Source: Eledone cirrhosa
Taxonomy: Eukaryota
Direction of reading: 5' to 3'
DNA length: 64,000 bases
Assembly (NCBI GenBank): GCA_964016885.1
Contig: OZ024742.1
Span: forward strand, 46,810,001 to 46,874,000
In this document: positions 13,797 through 30,412 of the stretch, piece by piece
Layout of the letters: each line of letters opens with the position of its first letter
Position numbering within the stretch: position 1 is the stretch's first letter
Position numbers and translations under genes: made by a program
Notes under the pieces: model-generated
Databases searched by the model: none
What the model was told of the DNA's origin: nothing
What the model saw: the letters and a program-made list of their open reading frames with translations, nothing else

Positions 13797-15715
13797 TTAA
13801 ATAGATTAAAAACCGACAGAACCATTACAATTAAAGAGGCTGATAAAGGGAGTACAGTAGTCCTAATGGAGACAGAATTCTATATCAACTTAGCGCTCTC
13901 CACTTTGGAAAACGAAACATACTACGAAAAGGCTGAACACTACAATCAACAGAAAATTATGAGAAACCTAAAAACTCTAATCAACCAATACAAAGAAGGA
14001 CTCACTAACAAGGAATTCAGCTTCATCACAGACTTCACAAGTAAATACAGCCTTTTCTACGGTATCCCAAAAGTACATAAAAGCGAATCAATCAGTAAGG
14101 CATGCAAGGAAGCCACAGACATAGTCATCAATGTCCCCTCACCCAATGATCTCAAATTAAGACCTATAATAGCAGGCCCCGCTTGCGAAACGCACCGTCT
14201 TAGCAACTTCATTGATACCCTTCTCAAACCCTTCCTCAAGCACATCAAAAGCTATATAAGGGACGACCTAGATATGCTCAATCACCTCCCTAATATGCCA
14301 CTTTCTGAACAAACCCTACTAGTGACGTTCGATGTAGTCAACCTATACTCCAACATCCCACACAACCTAGGAATAGAAGCTATCCAATTCTGGCTGGATA
14401 ATTTCCACAATGAACTCCCACAACGCATCAAAAAAGAATTCGTGATAGAGGGACTCAAATTTATCTTGGAGAACAATTACTTCGTTTTCAATAACAAACC
14501 CTACAGGCAGAAATCTGGGACCGCTATGGGAACGAAAACAGCCCCTACTTATGCCAACCTAGTCATGGGATACCTGGAAATCATCCTCTACACTAAAGTC
14601 CTAAACAAATTTGGAAACACCCTCCACTTACACATTGAAAGGAACTGGAAGCGATATCTAGATGACTGCTTCATCCTTTGGCACGAAAACATCGAAAAAC
14701 TTAAAGAATTTCACACCCTTATAAATGGGCTCAACACAAATATTAACTTCACGATGGAATACAGCCATCAACAACTCCCCTTCCTCGACATCCTCATTAA
14801 GATCCATAACAAAAAAATAGAAACAGACATATACTACAAGGCCACAGACTCCAAGCAATACCTCCCCTTCAACTCTTGCCACCCTAGACACGTTAAATTT
14901 AATATTCCCTACAACTTAGCCAAGAGAATCTGTACTATAGTCTCCAATAAAAACATCTGCTACTTACGGCTACAAGAACTAAAGGACACACTCATAGGCA
15001 GGGACTACCCTGCATCACTAATTGACAATGGAATCCAACGTGCCCTAAAACTCAGTACCCAGGACCTTAGACACTCTAAAGTAAATCAACCAAAACTAAA
15101 AGCTCTTCCATACATCTCCACACACAACCCCCTCAACAATGAGGCCTTTGACACCATCCTCCAGAACATCCCTGTATTGAAAAAGGACCATAGAATGAAC
15201 CAAATTCTACGAACACACGATATCATAAAGAGCGAAAGACAATCCAAGTCAATGAAAAACATCTTAACACATGCCAAAGTACTGCCAACCACAACAACGA
15301 AACCCACAGTAAAAAAATGCGATAGACCCAATTGTGGCATTTGCATCAACCTAATAGAGGGTTCGGAATTCTATTTCAAAGATGGACAACGTTTTATAGT
15401 AAAACACAATTTCACATGTGCATCGGAAAATCTAATATATGTATTAACTTGTTCAGGTTGTCGAGAACAATACATAGGCCAGACCAAAAACAGCCTCCGC
15501 CAACGCATGACTGTCCATAGATCCCAAATTAAAATACGGGAATACAGGAAAATACCCTGAGTGAACACATTGATACCAGTTCCGCCCCAAATCATCCCAA
15601 CTTGAGAATCTTTCCCCTCTACAAATTTAAAGATAATGCCACCCACACCCAGCGCATCAGCAAGGAATCTTACTTCATTAACAAATACGGACCCCGTCTA
15701 AACACTTCTCCCTAA
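13797..15715 (+). pseudogene. PLE RT + GIY-YIG endonuclease (N-truncated, one frameshift near 15556)
   Basis: Motifs IKEADKG, FYGIPKVHK, LRPIIAG, FDVVNLYSNI, GTAMGTKTAPTYANL, RYLDD, linker CDRPNCGIC and LIYVLTC..C..QYIGQT..LRQRMTVH. After the shift it continues LSEHID...KESYFINKYGPRLN. Confidence 0.93.
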
Positions 15716-15867
15716 GACGAACCCACAACATACACACGTCAACATACATACCTACATCAGCACACATCTCTACCCACATATAAACACAATGACACACGTA
15801 AACACACATGCTCTATGGTGCAATACAAAAAAATATATGTGCATGTGTGTGTATGTGTGTGTGTATA

Positions 15868-15978
<111 letters not shown>

Positions 15979-16396
15979 GGTGAATATATGTATATGTGTG
16001 TGTATAAATATATATATATAGTGAATATCATTTCACACCTTTTATTGTTAAGATTTTTGATGTTCTATTAAGAGATCCGATTTTACTGAAAAAATCGAAT
16101 AATGTACACCATTTTACTAGGGGGAAAAAAATACTGGTCCACCCACACACGCACACACACACACATATATATACACAGACACATACACACGCGTACATCA
16201 ACATACAAAGACACTTATACACACACACACACACACACGCGCACTTCTCCGTATAAGACAAAAGCTGAAAAAATCTTTTGACCTTCGAATGACTCTGCTA
16301 TACACACACACACACACACACACTTATCTTAATAGCCATTTGACACACATCGCTGCTGGCCATTGTCGCAGCATCGAACACCTTACTACTACTACT

Positions 16397-16431
<35 letters not shown>

Positions 16432-16443
16432 CACACACACACA

Positions 16444-16504
<61 letters not shown>

Positions 16505-16825
16505 TTGTTGTGAAAGAGTCATTTCTCAATCTTGGCGCAAAATCAATCTTTTATCCACATGACCTCTACCGACCAATCAAAATTGTTTTGACCAAGAATT
16601 TTTGCTGGAGCCACTTTTTTAACATTTTAACATAAAAACAGTCTTGGCGCAAAATCAACCTTTTACATTCACATGACCTCTACCGACCAATCAAAATTGT
16701 TTTGACCACAAGCATTTTTACAACACAAAAATAACGCTGGAGCCACTTTTTTAACATAAAAACAGGTAGAATTCCCAAAACTAATCAGATCAGAGCAAAC
16801 AGCACGGACACTCTATCTCAAAATT

Positions 16826-16864
16826 ATTTTTGAAAAGCATTTAGAAATGCGCAACCGGTAAAAA
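16826..16864 (+). ncRNA. Variant or degenerate HHR in the pLTR (inverted copy about 13246-13285)
   Basis: TTT TTGAAAA GCATT TAGA AATGC GCAA CCGG TA AAA: U3:A8 core, GCAA in place of GAAA, palindromic stem III. Confidence 0.45.
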
Positions 16865-17020
16865 CTTAAAAACTTAAAACCACAACTGAATACTAACCCA
16901 TACAATTACTAATACTCTTTTATTCCTAATTAACCCATTTTTCAACTGTGAACAATTTGTCAGCATTTTCTATTCCGTTTACCAATATATAATAACTTGT
17001 GTGTTACACCTCTATTCTTT

Positions 17021-17058
<38 letters not shown>

Positions 17059-17131
17059 TATATATGTATATATATGTACACATACATATATATATATACA
17101 CACCCCCATATATATATATATATATATATAT

Positions 17132-19340
<2,209 letters not shown>

Positions 19341-22300
19341 ATGTATATTATTTATTTCATAGCATTTTAACCAGCATACGCCAGCTTAAGAATGTCCATG
19401 GCATTAAGTTTATATCTGAATCTTCTCGGTGCGTTTTGATTTTCTGATATTGTCTTATCTTGAGATCGACGACCTTATCTTGGCGCTAAAGTTAGTTTTG
19501 AGATATAAATGATTCAACAGAGGTATATCACCATGAAGGCATAATACGCATGTACAATTAGAGTAAAATATGTTTATATATACTATATATATATACGTGT
19601 TTTCGAAACATTATAAAAGTGTGCAGAATGACAGTTTGTAGATCTTATATTTGTTTCTGGTGCAAATATTATGGCCGTTCCATGGTTGTAGCCGCTGTTA
19701 TCCAAATACCGTGTTTGTCTTTAACCATAGTAAGTAACGCAGTGTTAATATTTCAATCATTATATTGTAATGCTAAGGTACATAACGTTTCTTAAATACT
19801 AAAACAAATCTGTGTTTAACCTCATTTGTAACATCAAATATACCCGCTGTGTTTCCTTCATTATAGTTGTATCTGTAGATAGACTAAAAGCAAGTATTTG
19901 AACGCTCGATGTTGGCAATCAGAAATACATACGTATCTGGTAGATTTTGCTAGCATTAGATGACCGGTGGTGAATGATTATAGGCAGGGTTGACAGTTTG
20001 GAGACGAACATTTCTTGATTGCTGGAAGTAAAGATAACATTCCTTGTGTTACTTGGAGATTATATAACCATTTTGCGGAAATTTGCAAAATATCGATCTG
20101 ATCCCATCATTGGTTTAATGTATGTTTTAGGGGTAATGAGACTCGACTGTGTCTGTGTAACCCGACGCAGAAGAACTGTCTCAAAAGATCTTATTGGAGA
20201 ATCGACCATGTATAAATCCATTGCCGATTCTCGCGAGAAAATGACACACACACACACACGCTCCCTCTTTTTCCGTTTCTTCTTCTCCCTCTCGCACACA
20301 TAAATACATGCATATATAAGTTGTAATACTTAAAATGTTTATTGAATTTCGATTTAATTAACCACCAATGATTACTTTTATGACATATATTTTCACTAAT
20401 GACATCAACATAATTAACAAATATATTGAAACTCGATATATGGTATGGCAATAAATTATCAATAAGGCCTTGATTGACTCATTCAATTATATTATATTCC
20501 TCCTGTAGTATTATGATCACATTTCATATGGAGATCAAAATGAATAAGTACATTGTGTTCTTTTTGCCTTTTTAATATATGCATTAAGGTTATAACTTCA
20601 TATGAAAATCATATTTAACCTGTATACTTCAGACTAATTAAATATCTATTCAAGTTAACGATAATGTGATAGAAAACAAACAAAAGAAGAGTAAAGTAAT
20701 TTTCATTAGATTAGAAATTATAGTCATAAACAACAATCATTCGTGTACCACAATGTTTTTCCCATAATTTTATTGGAAGAGTTTAACTGATATATTCTTA
20801 AGACAGAGCGCAATTCCATTAATCTTGATGACAAAATGTTGAAAAGAATTTAGATTCTGTCACGACTTTTCTAGGTGTTTTTTAATGCATTAGACTGATT
20901 GTGTATTAGATGAAAGGAGAGAAAATCTATTTATATGCAAACATCAATAAATTAATTGGAAGCTAATATAAATTAATCTCGTCATATCGATTTCTACTTC
21001 ATTTCAAAGAAACAATGCAGTTGTTACAACTACGTGTGTCATGTACTGTATGTAGGAGTTGTTCTATGTCTGTGTCTGTTCTTTTATAAATACGAATTAG
21101 GTGGGTGTATTTTTATATCTATATGTGTGTACGATATCGTTTACAGGCAATCATAATGACTGTATTTGTTTACGTGTCTTATAATTACAGATCGCTTCTA
21201 ATTAACGTTTAGAAAATAGTATATTTTGAATAATTATTATTGTATATTGGGAATAATTATTACTGTTGTCTTTCTTGGTGGTAACTTATGCTGGTTAACA
21301 AAATAAATACTTTTTAAAAGATATTAAAATAGTTTTTTGCTAAATATTTTCTAAACACTGATACCAAGTCAATCTGCATTTAATTCTTTCATAGCATGTG
21401 TAGCTTTAAATGTGTGAGTTTATACGTTTTCAATTTTATCAATAATCTTATCAATAATTAAGGTATATGTTAGTATATAAACATTTTGTACAAAACAAAG
21501 CACCTGATAAACATGTGGTCAGTTTGTAAATAATTCATTTTAATTTCAATTCTTTTTATCGTAGTTTCAATTAGACCCATATGCAATTGAAAAATATATA
21601 AATCAAATTTTCAAAAGTGTTGTGAATATGATTTTCACGCATAAACTTGGTTTACAAAATTCATCAACAGTCGACCATTACGCATTCATTTCAAATTCAC
21701 TAGTATATTGTTTCTATGGCATGAATAATTTCATGAGTCATACTCGTTGCTTGCTGCTTACCGTGGCAAAAATTTCTGAAAAACATTCTTGTCATTTACC
21801 GTACCAAGCTTTCCTAGAAAATATTCTAAATAAGAATGTAGCAATACTTTTAGTGGTATCCGACAGTCCGTTTCTTTAGAGCCATCACAGGTTTTCCCAA
21901 TTGCCTCAACTCTATATCATTTCACAGGAAATATTCACATAACCCGTTAATAGAACATCAAACTTAAAATTTCACTCTATCGACTTTTTTAATTCCAATT
22001 CAATATCTTTAAAAAAGGCCTAAAGTGTGCCTCAGAAATTTTTTATTTGCGGCACTCATATTTGAACTTAAAAACATGTTAATGAAATATTCTTGCATTG
22101 AATACGTTCATTTCTTTAACACGATTTTTCATTTATCCACACCATGTTTAATATGGTGAAGTGCTAGAAATATCTTCTTCAGGTGAACTAAAGTGATTGA
22201 TTAAATATACCTTCATCAGATTAATCAGTCATGTTTAATTTAGGGATCTTTTGTATGACGCAACTGTGTACAGCTGTACTGTAAATCCTTGTTGCATGCC

Positions 22301-23750
22301 TTAACGCGGAAATTTAAGATACCTTAGTTAAACACGGTATTGAATAATATCAAATATACGACCATCTACTCATATATTTCTTTAAAATGGACATAGTTTG
22401 TAGTGGTGCTGCATTGATTTACATTGTCATTGTTCAGTAGACCTGCTTTGTGATAAATCAATGAAAGCAAGCTACATTGATACGACATGAGTTTGAGATG
22501 CATTTGTAAAACGATTGGTATCATTGCAATAGCAAAGTCGGCATTTTAGGACATTCTCAAATCAAAGTTTCACATTTGATTGCGAACCAAGTGTAACTAT
22601 ATATGAAATAAATTACATTAGTTCACTGACTATGTTGTAAAAATGCGTTGATTGAATGTTCTCTACTCTGTTGACTGCACTGTATTTCTTTCATGAAATG
22701 TTATCTGGATAGCACATCATTTGTCATTAAATACTAAGACTAACATAGTTAACAGATTCATGATCTAGTAGTTACAAATTTTCCACTACCACACTGACAT
22801 AGTAAATCCTCGGTAGATTTCAATCCATTATAGCATCTAAACCAAGATTCCAAGAAAATCCAGAATACTCATGCAGAAAGAAAGTATGTTCGTAAAATCA
22901 AGCCGTTATGTTACGAGGTCGAAGTTACATCGAGCAAACATAACAAACGAGTAGATGGAAAAAGTGTACGTTGAACTGACTGAAAGAAAACAATAAAAAA
23001 GTATGACTCCCATGTCTTGTAATTCAAGCATTCATATACGAGAACTTCTATGGATTTACCGAACCACGCATGGGCGTAGAAAGTGGGAAATATCAATTAC
23101 AATACCAAATGGATAGTCTTAGATATGCCTAATGCATACGTTAATGGACTCAAATCTGCAACATTAATTCTTCAAGGACTGAAATGCGTCAGTGAATATC
23201 TTAATTTCAACAGTAAGATTTATATACCTTGTCCTCATTTTGGGAAGTATCCCCCCCTTCTTGGAAATAACATACCCTAGACCACCTTCAAACCAGCAGA
23301 TCCAAATATTCACCTAACATGCAGGTGCATGTGTCCCTTAGAAGTACTAGCTTCTTATTTGCCATCTCTACACCACCGAGTAAACACATTATGATAGATA
23401 CTACTTTTGGTATCACTTCCAATTTAGTCCCAGTTCTTTACAATTATATAAACGATTTTTTAACAGATTCACTACTCACACAACACACAGGATACCAGAC
23501 TCAATAACTAATCAATATAAAATATTGAGCTGTTTCTCATGTTCTGCTTTCCTCTTCTGCGCAGCGTTAACGTTAAGTTCGCGCAATTTCTCGAAATTTT
23601 TGGATCAGTCATTGGTAAACATTGCAATGTGAGATGAAATGCAAATCAGACATGAGGTATGTTAACACAATTAACAATTTGAATTTGATATGAAACCAGT
23701 CGGGAACGTTATCTAATGTTGTGCAATATCTTTATTAAATAGCTACTAAA

Positions 23751-23948
23751 GGTGGTGAATTTGCGGAATCGGTAGAGCGTCGGACATGCTTTGCAGCATA
23801 TACTTATATCCCTTTACGTCCTGAGTTCAAATCACGCCGCGGGTAGCTTTGCTTTTCATTCTTACAGGGTCGCATTGATTTCCATTTAATCGACTTTCCC
23901 TTCCTCCTAGTTGCTGGCCTTGTGCCGAAGAATGTAGAAACAACTATT
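23751..23948 (+). mobile_element. tRNA-derived SINE
   Basis: A-box-like TTGCGGAATCGG, B-box GAGTTCAAATC and 3' end GCTGGCCTTGTGCC..AGAAACAA(T)TATT, shared with at least 10 other copies in the window. Confidence 0.75.
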
Positions 23949-23966
23949 AAATAGCTACACACACAA

Positions 23967-24057
<91 letters not shown>

Positions 24058-24098
24058 TACACACACACATACACACACACATACTCTCTCTCTCTCTC

Positions 24099-24155
<57 letters not shown>

Positions 24156-25112
24156 TATATATATACATACATATGTTCGATATTCGTGTGTTTGTGTCTG
24201 GATAGTTTGCGCGTATATATTTGTAATTGTTTTGTATGTAAGTATGCATGTTTGTGTGTCGAGATATATTCGACTGCGAATATAAAGATAAAAACAAAAA
24301 TAAAGAATAATGACATAGGGGTGGTGTACGAGTGAGCTGGAATTTTAAGAGTGTATAAATACCCGTGTTAATTACCGTGATAGACAATTATTAGCGATTG
24401 GCATTATATACTCATAATATTTATAGATATGAAATGATAGGGTTTTTTTGGATAGTCTCCAGACAATTGTCTTGATCTTTAAATATTCCAGCCATAATGA
24501 TAAAACGTTTATTCATAATCAGAGGTTGCCAGATTTTAGACACGTCTAATTACTTAAGACAGGGCACCAATATAAACAATATAAAGAAGAAATTATCCTA
24601 TAAACATTAATACAATGAAAAATGATAAAATTAACACTACGAACTTTGCTCTCATAATTCATAACGCCATTCCAAATAACTATGTAATAGAATTTACAAG
24701 TAATAATAATCAAATAATAATGGATCATTATACAAAGGTTAGAGATGTTCGTGCTTTAATTAAAATTGGATTAATACAACAGTGAGCTTTATTTGAAAAC
24801 CTATCTGCAAATAGTCATATTGAAGTAAGAACGATTACGCTGCGGGCCGGTGTGTTTAATTTAAATATTACAATTTCAATAAAGTTAGAAATTCCGAGAA
24901 GGCTGGTTAGATGGGTTGTATGCTTCTGCTTCTGTAAGGTAAATTTAAATGGTTGCCCTTTTTAACACCACCACAGCGCATGTATCACAATTACAACTAC
25001 TGGTAGAAGACCATTTCCCCCTTTCTTGTTGGCGGAAATCCTATGAAATCAGGTTACCTCGTCTCATTTCTCAGTGTCAGAGGTCCCGAAAACTATCAAC
25101 GGTGATGCCAAT

Positions 25113-25172
<60 letters not shown>

Positions 25173-26488
25173 ATCAGTTTTCATTTGCCGCCATCACAAA
25201 CCATGAATAAGACAATATCTTTATTGTTATTTCAAACAAGCTTTAAAGATTTTCCATCAATGGGAAATATATTTAAAAAAAATGTATTAATTTGAATATT
25301 GATTTTAAAGTACAAGAACACATTTAGTGGGAAGAGTTCAAGTCTATTCGAGGCAGATACTATATCGGCCGCAAAATATCAGCTGAGATTTGGACTCAAG
25401 ACATGAATTGATACTTCAGGTCATTTTATCTATCGCTCTAGATATTCTCAATATCTCTTTATTCACTTCTGACGAAGAAAGTGTTAATTAATCTTTCATG
25501 ACGACAAAGAGAACCATAAGACGTATCATTCTCTGAACACAGCCAAAACACGCCTTCTATAGTTTGCACTCTTAATCAGTTAATCAGACTTAACCTTTTG
25601 CGATTAAGAACACTTCGCTATATTGCTTCCCTTTGTCTGCTACCTTCTATTTCTCTCTTTCTCTCCCCCCTCTCTCCCCCCTTCTCTCTCTCTCATTCGC
25701 ATGTCTCTAGGCTTTAATATATGTATTTATATACACCAAGTTTTGCTTTTAATGACTATTCGTTTTCTCTTTTATGATAGACAACTCTGTTTTTTTCTAC
25801 GAGTGTTTCTATATTTATATTAGATTCTCGTACATCTAAATGAAACTCTCAACTGGTTTCTACACATAATTCGAAACTAGGAGAGTAGTATATTTGATAA
25901 TAATACATCGAAGTTAAAACAGCATCACAACACCACTATCTGAATTATTAGAGGTATACCTATACATTCAATATTGTGTGAGAGACCCATTTATTCAGAG
26001 TGGACACACGTTATTAAAGGGAAACTCTATGAATAACATGCTACCTACAACAGTAGATAACAAGAACAACAACGAAAACCAAAGTAAGAAAGACACATAT
26101 ATATATTATTAGAAATTTATGATACTGTTTTATTGTAGTTATTTAGCCTCCAGATCGACACTGATTAAGCCAAGACATTCCAGTAACGAGCAGTTTGGTT
26201 TAATGTGTGTCTAGGATACATTGCTGTTATCATCTGGTATTCTTAAGACGGCAGGGTGTAATTTGAAGGCGATTGCGCTTCTATTTATTGCAGTTCTATA
26301 GACAGCATACAAACACACTGATTGGCTGATCTTTATATGTATCGATGTACTTATTTGAATGCGCGTGTTTTTAGGAAGGAATAGTATATGTGTACAGCTA
26401 TTTATGCCATAGAAAATAATTACGTTTTCATAATAGATAATATTGAGTGCGTACAGAAGAACATTATATGTATATATGTATATATAAT

Positions 26489-26679
26489 GGCGGTGAATTG
26501 GCAGTATCGGTAGAGGGTCGGACGCCATGCTTTGACGCATGGAGTTACGGCCCTTGCCATTCTGAGTTCAAATCCCACCGAGGTTAACTTTGCCTTTCAT
26601 CCTTACGGGGTCGATAAAATAAAGTACCAGTAATGCACTGGGTATTTGCTGGTCTTGTGCCAAACGTAGAAACAATTAT
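26489..26679 (+). mobile_element. tRNA-derived SINE
   Basis: TGGCAGTATCGG...GAGTTCAAATCC...GGGGTCGATAAAATAAAGTACCAGT; closely similar to 62038-62226. Confidence 0.85.
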
Positions 26680-26761
26680 ATGTATATATGTATATATGTA
26701 TATATATATATGTATGTATATATACATGTGCGTATATATATATAATGTTCCATACAAACAC

Positions 26762-26809
<48 letters not shown>

Positions 26810-27935
26810 GTATATATATATGTGCATATATATATATATATACGCACATATATGTACGTACATATATATATATATTTATACGTGTGTGTATGGAGGGAGG
26901 GGTGTTTGTGGGATTGTGTATGTGTTTGTATGTGTGTGTTTCTTTATGTGCGTGTGTAAGTGGGTATGTAGTTGTGAATTTATATATGTATTTATATATA
27001 GAGAGAGAGAGATGCTTATATAGCACATATACGAGCATACGCACGACTTATATAAGTGAGTGTATGCTTGTATTTATATATGTATGTATATATGTTTGTA
27101 TGTATGTATGCATTTATATGAATACATAATTAAATTGGAGATGGGAAAAAACAAGTGAGGAAAAGAGGAATCTGATTGAAGGGTAAGGGTTGCTAATGAT
27201 TAATATGTGTAGGATGTCTGGGGATCTATGCAGATTGTGAAAACAATATAAACAGAAAGAAAAAAGACTACATCACGTCAAATACATATTTCCGATAGAA
27301 AACGATATTGCTAAAATCTCAGCTAGACACACTGTCTCCTGTGGGTGCCAGAAGTATACTAGAGTTGTAAAGATAGGTCACTTGACTTTGCCAAATACTT
27401 CCAAATTTTGTTTGTTTATTTCGTTTTATTTCTTGGGTTTTTTTTTTCAATGTTTTTGTTCTTTTTACCTATTTGATCTGAATATCAATGATGATACGGA
27501 CATTTTTTGAACTTTATTGAAAATAAATAACTTCAATAAATACATTACAATTATACGTTTTTCGTATTGTATTGTTAGTTTATATCATATCTGATTGAAA
27601 ATGTCTTAAAACCTTGTAAATGTGTAATTTTACTTGTGAAATGGCTCCATGAATATGTTTTCATAATCTTTGAAATAATTATTGAGATAAACATTTTATC
27701 TCTATTTACTAAATTTCGGACTAAATTGAAAAGAAAAGAGCCAAAATAATCCGTGCAAACAAACGACCGTTACGTATGTGTTAATTAAATATACCAATAA
27801 TTTAATTTGAAAAACCTTTTTTATAAGAATTTGTGCTTGTATTAAAGTATTTATTTTTTCTACTTATCCAATCCAATCTCAACACATGCAGATTAATAAA
27901 AACTTAGGAAATAATACTACCATGATTCATACACC

Positions 27936-27988
<53 letters not shown>

Positions 27989-27989
27989 C

Positions 27990-28925
27990 TTCTACTCTTT
28001 TACTCTTTTACCTGTTCCAGCCATCCGGCTGAGGCCATGCTGGGGCACCGCCCTTGTTGCTAACATTTTATCTCCAGCCTGTATTGGCTGGTCACTGGTG
28101 CAAGAGGGAGTTCATTGCTGCTGCCCATAGGTTTCCCTCGTCCCTTGCTGTGGGCTCATCCGGGTCCTGGAGAGCAAGGTGTCGAGATGTTTCTTGAAGA
28201 CATCCACCACCACACCATGCAGATCTCTCACATCCCTCAGCAGCTTGTTGAAGAATTGAGGGCCCTTGAACCCCAGGCTATTGCAATATTTGCTCCTTAT
28301 TCTAGATGTGGAAGACGGGACCTTTGGCACCACACAGTGACGTCCTGTTCGACGGTTGGTCTAGCTCCCAATGCCAAAGTTTGGTGCTAGTCCCTCCAGG
28401 ATTTTCCACATGTAGATCACTGCGTATCTCTCACGTCTTCGTTCCAAGGAGTAGAAGTTCAGTTCTTTTAGCCTCTCCCAGTAGCTTATCTCCTTCATTG
28501 TGGCAATCCTCTTGGTGTAGCTTCGCTGGATTGCCTCAAGCTCCGTGGTTAGTTTGACACTATGAGGTGACCACAACTGGGAGCAATAGTTCAGACGGCT
28601 TAGGACAAATGTCCTCTATAGTGTCATAGTGTCAACATGGTGTCTCAGTCTCTTATCAGGAAAGTCCTGAAGATCCAGCCAGCGAGTCGTTTGCACATTG
28701 TCCCCACTTTCATGATGTGTGAGGAAAAAGATGTATCGTCGCTCATGTCTATTCCAAGGTCTCGTACCGATTTCGACACGGTAATTTCGGTCCCTCCTGG
28801 TCCAGTGTAACTGCGTTGTACTGTATTTGTGTTTACAGGTTTGTATTGTAGGGCTTGAAATTTGCCAGCATTAAACTGCATGTTGTTGTCTTCCTCCCAT
28901 TTGTATATGGCATCCAGATATTGTA
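27990..28925 (-). mobile_element. CR1/L2-group LINE 3' end
   Basis: [60 protein letters not shown]. Confidence 0.88.
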
Positions 28926-29000
28926 TATAATTCTGGCAATATAATTACAGAAATATGACCCTCCCCAAGTATAACAATATATATATATATATATATATAA

Positions 29001-29097
<97 letters not shown>

Positions 29098-29225
29098 AAG
29101 TTATATTTAAAATTGTTGGGTTACAACTAGTAAATATTTATAACTGATATAAAAGCACTCGACAAATACTTGGAGTATATTTACAATATTAAATAAATGG
29201 AAAACTATATTTATAAAACCATATT

Positions 29226-29291
29226 TATTTCATTATATATATTTCGGGGATATCATATTAACAATATGCTATGCCTTCATCAGACAAAATA
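29226..29291 (-). ncRNA. Type I HHR motif in a separate pLTR fragment (about 29095-29535)
   Basis: Minus strand reads TATTTTGT CTGATGA [long stem II CATATT/AATATG] GAAA TATATA TA ATGAAATA. Confidence 0.65.
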
Positions 29292-30120
29292 CAATATAAA
29301 CAGTTTTATAGATAAATATATTCGACATACCGTAATAAACATCAACTTCATTTGAAGAGGTTCACTCTAGCAGTGAAAATACAGAGAGAAAGAAAGAGAG
29401 AGAGAAAAGAGGGAAATAAGAAAGAAAGAAAGACAAAACGAAGAAAAGGAAGCTCTTCGCTTTATCTATTTTTCCATCTCTCTATTTTGTCCCATGCATT
29501 TCTTCTTTTTCTTCTTTTTCTTCCTTTTCTTCGTTTGTGTGTGTGTGTGTGTGTATGTACGTATCGAACGTATGGAAGTGTAAGTGCGCGTGTGTATATA
29601 AGCATAATTATTTTTATATTTCTTTTGTGAGACACGCGTGTCTGTGTATGTATGTACCCCTCTTTTTTTGTTTTCTTTAATTTTTTCTTTCTAATATCTT
29701 TTCTTTCTAATTTATCGTTATTATATTTTTATAAATATATCGAGACCGATACTTTTCTTTTAATTATTACACTCCCTTTACCTCCTTTCTTTCCGCATCT
29801 AAGTGTACGAGTGTCCAGGCGTTTTATGCGCGCGCTTTCATATTCATATATTTACGATGTAACCATTTCTGTCTGTATAATACAGACATATAGATACATT
29901 CGCCCTAAATTTTAGAATTACGCACACTTTCTCACTATACATTTACATGTGCACATATACATATATGCACATCTGTGAGCGTATATACATACATATACGC
30001 ACACCTAACTATACTTCTTGATAGATTTTTATATATTTCAATTTCTATTTCATTTATCTATATCCTTTTTTTGATTTTCTTGATGTGTTTTTCTAAGCAT
30101 TTGCCCATGTTTTATATTGC

Positions 30121-30196
30121 CTCGTCTGACGAACGAATGAAGTCGTTTATTTCGCATTCGCCTCATTCGGGAAACCTCTGGTAATGAGGTAATTAT
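30121..30196 (+). ncRNA. HHR-like motif in pLTR (copy at 33764-33839)
   Basis: CTGACGA, stem II CGAATGA/TCATTCG, GAAA, stem III ACCTC/GAGGT, GUA site. Stem I pairs poorly. Confidence 0.5.
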
Positions 30197-30412
30197 ATTG
30201 TATTGATTTTTATACATTAAATTTTGCTCTGATACTTACATAGAGCACTCTTCATTTCTATGACCTTTTCTGTTTCCAACGGAAATTTCAATACTTATAA
30301 AGCTCCCAAGGGAATGATCGCAGCATATTCTACATCGTTATGAGATTGGCACCTTCCAGCCCTTTTTAAGTCGAGCACTCTTCAGTCATAGGATTTTAAA
30401 CCAATACCGAAT

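Noticed and set aside
15555-15562. In-frame TGA in the PLE endonuclease as possible selenocysteine (known in some Naiad PLEs)
   Set aside because: Homologous sequence continues in a different frame (LSEHID...), so this is a 1-nt frameshift, not read-through.
23751-23835. tRNA genes at A-box/B-box motifs
   Set aside because: No cloverleaf. The motifs are the heads of a dispersed SINE.
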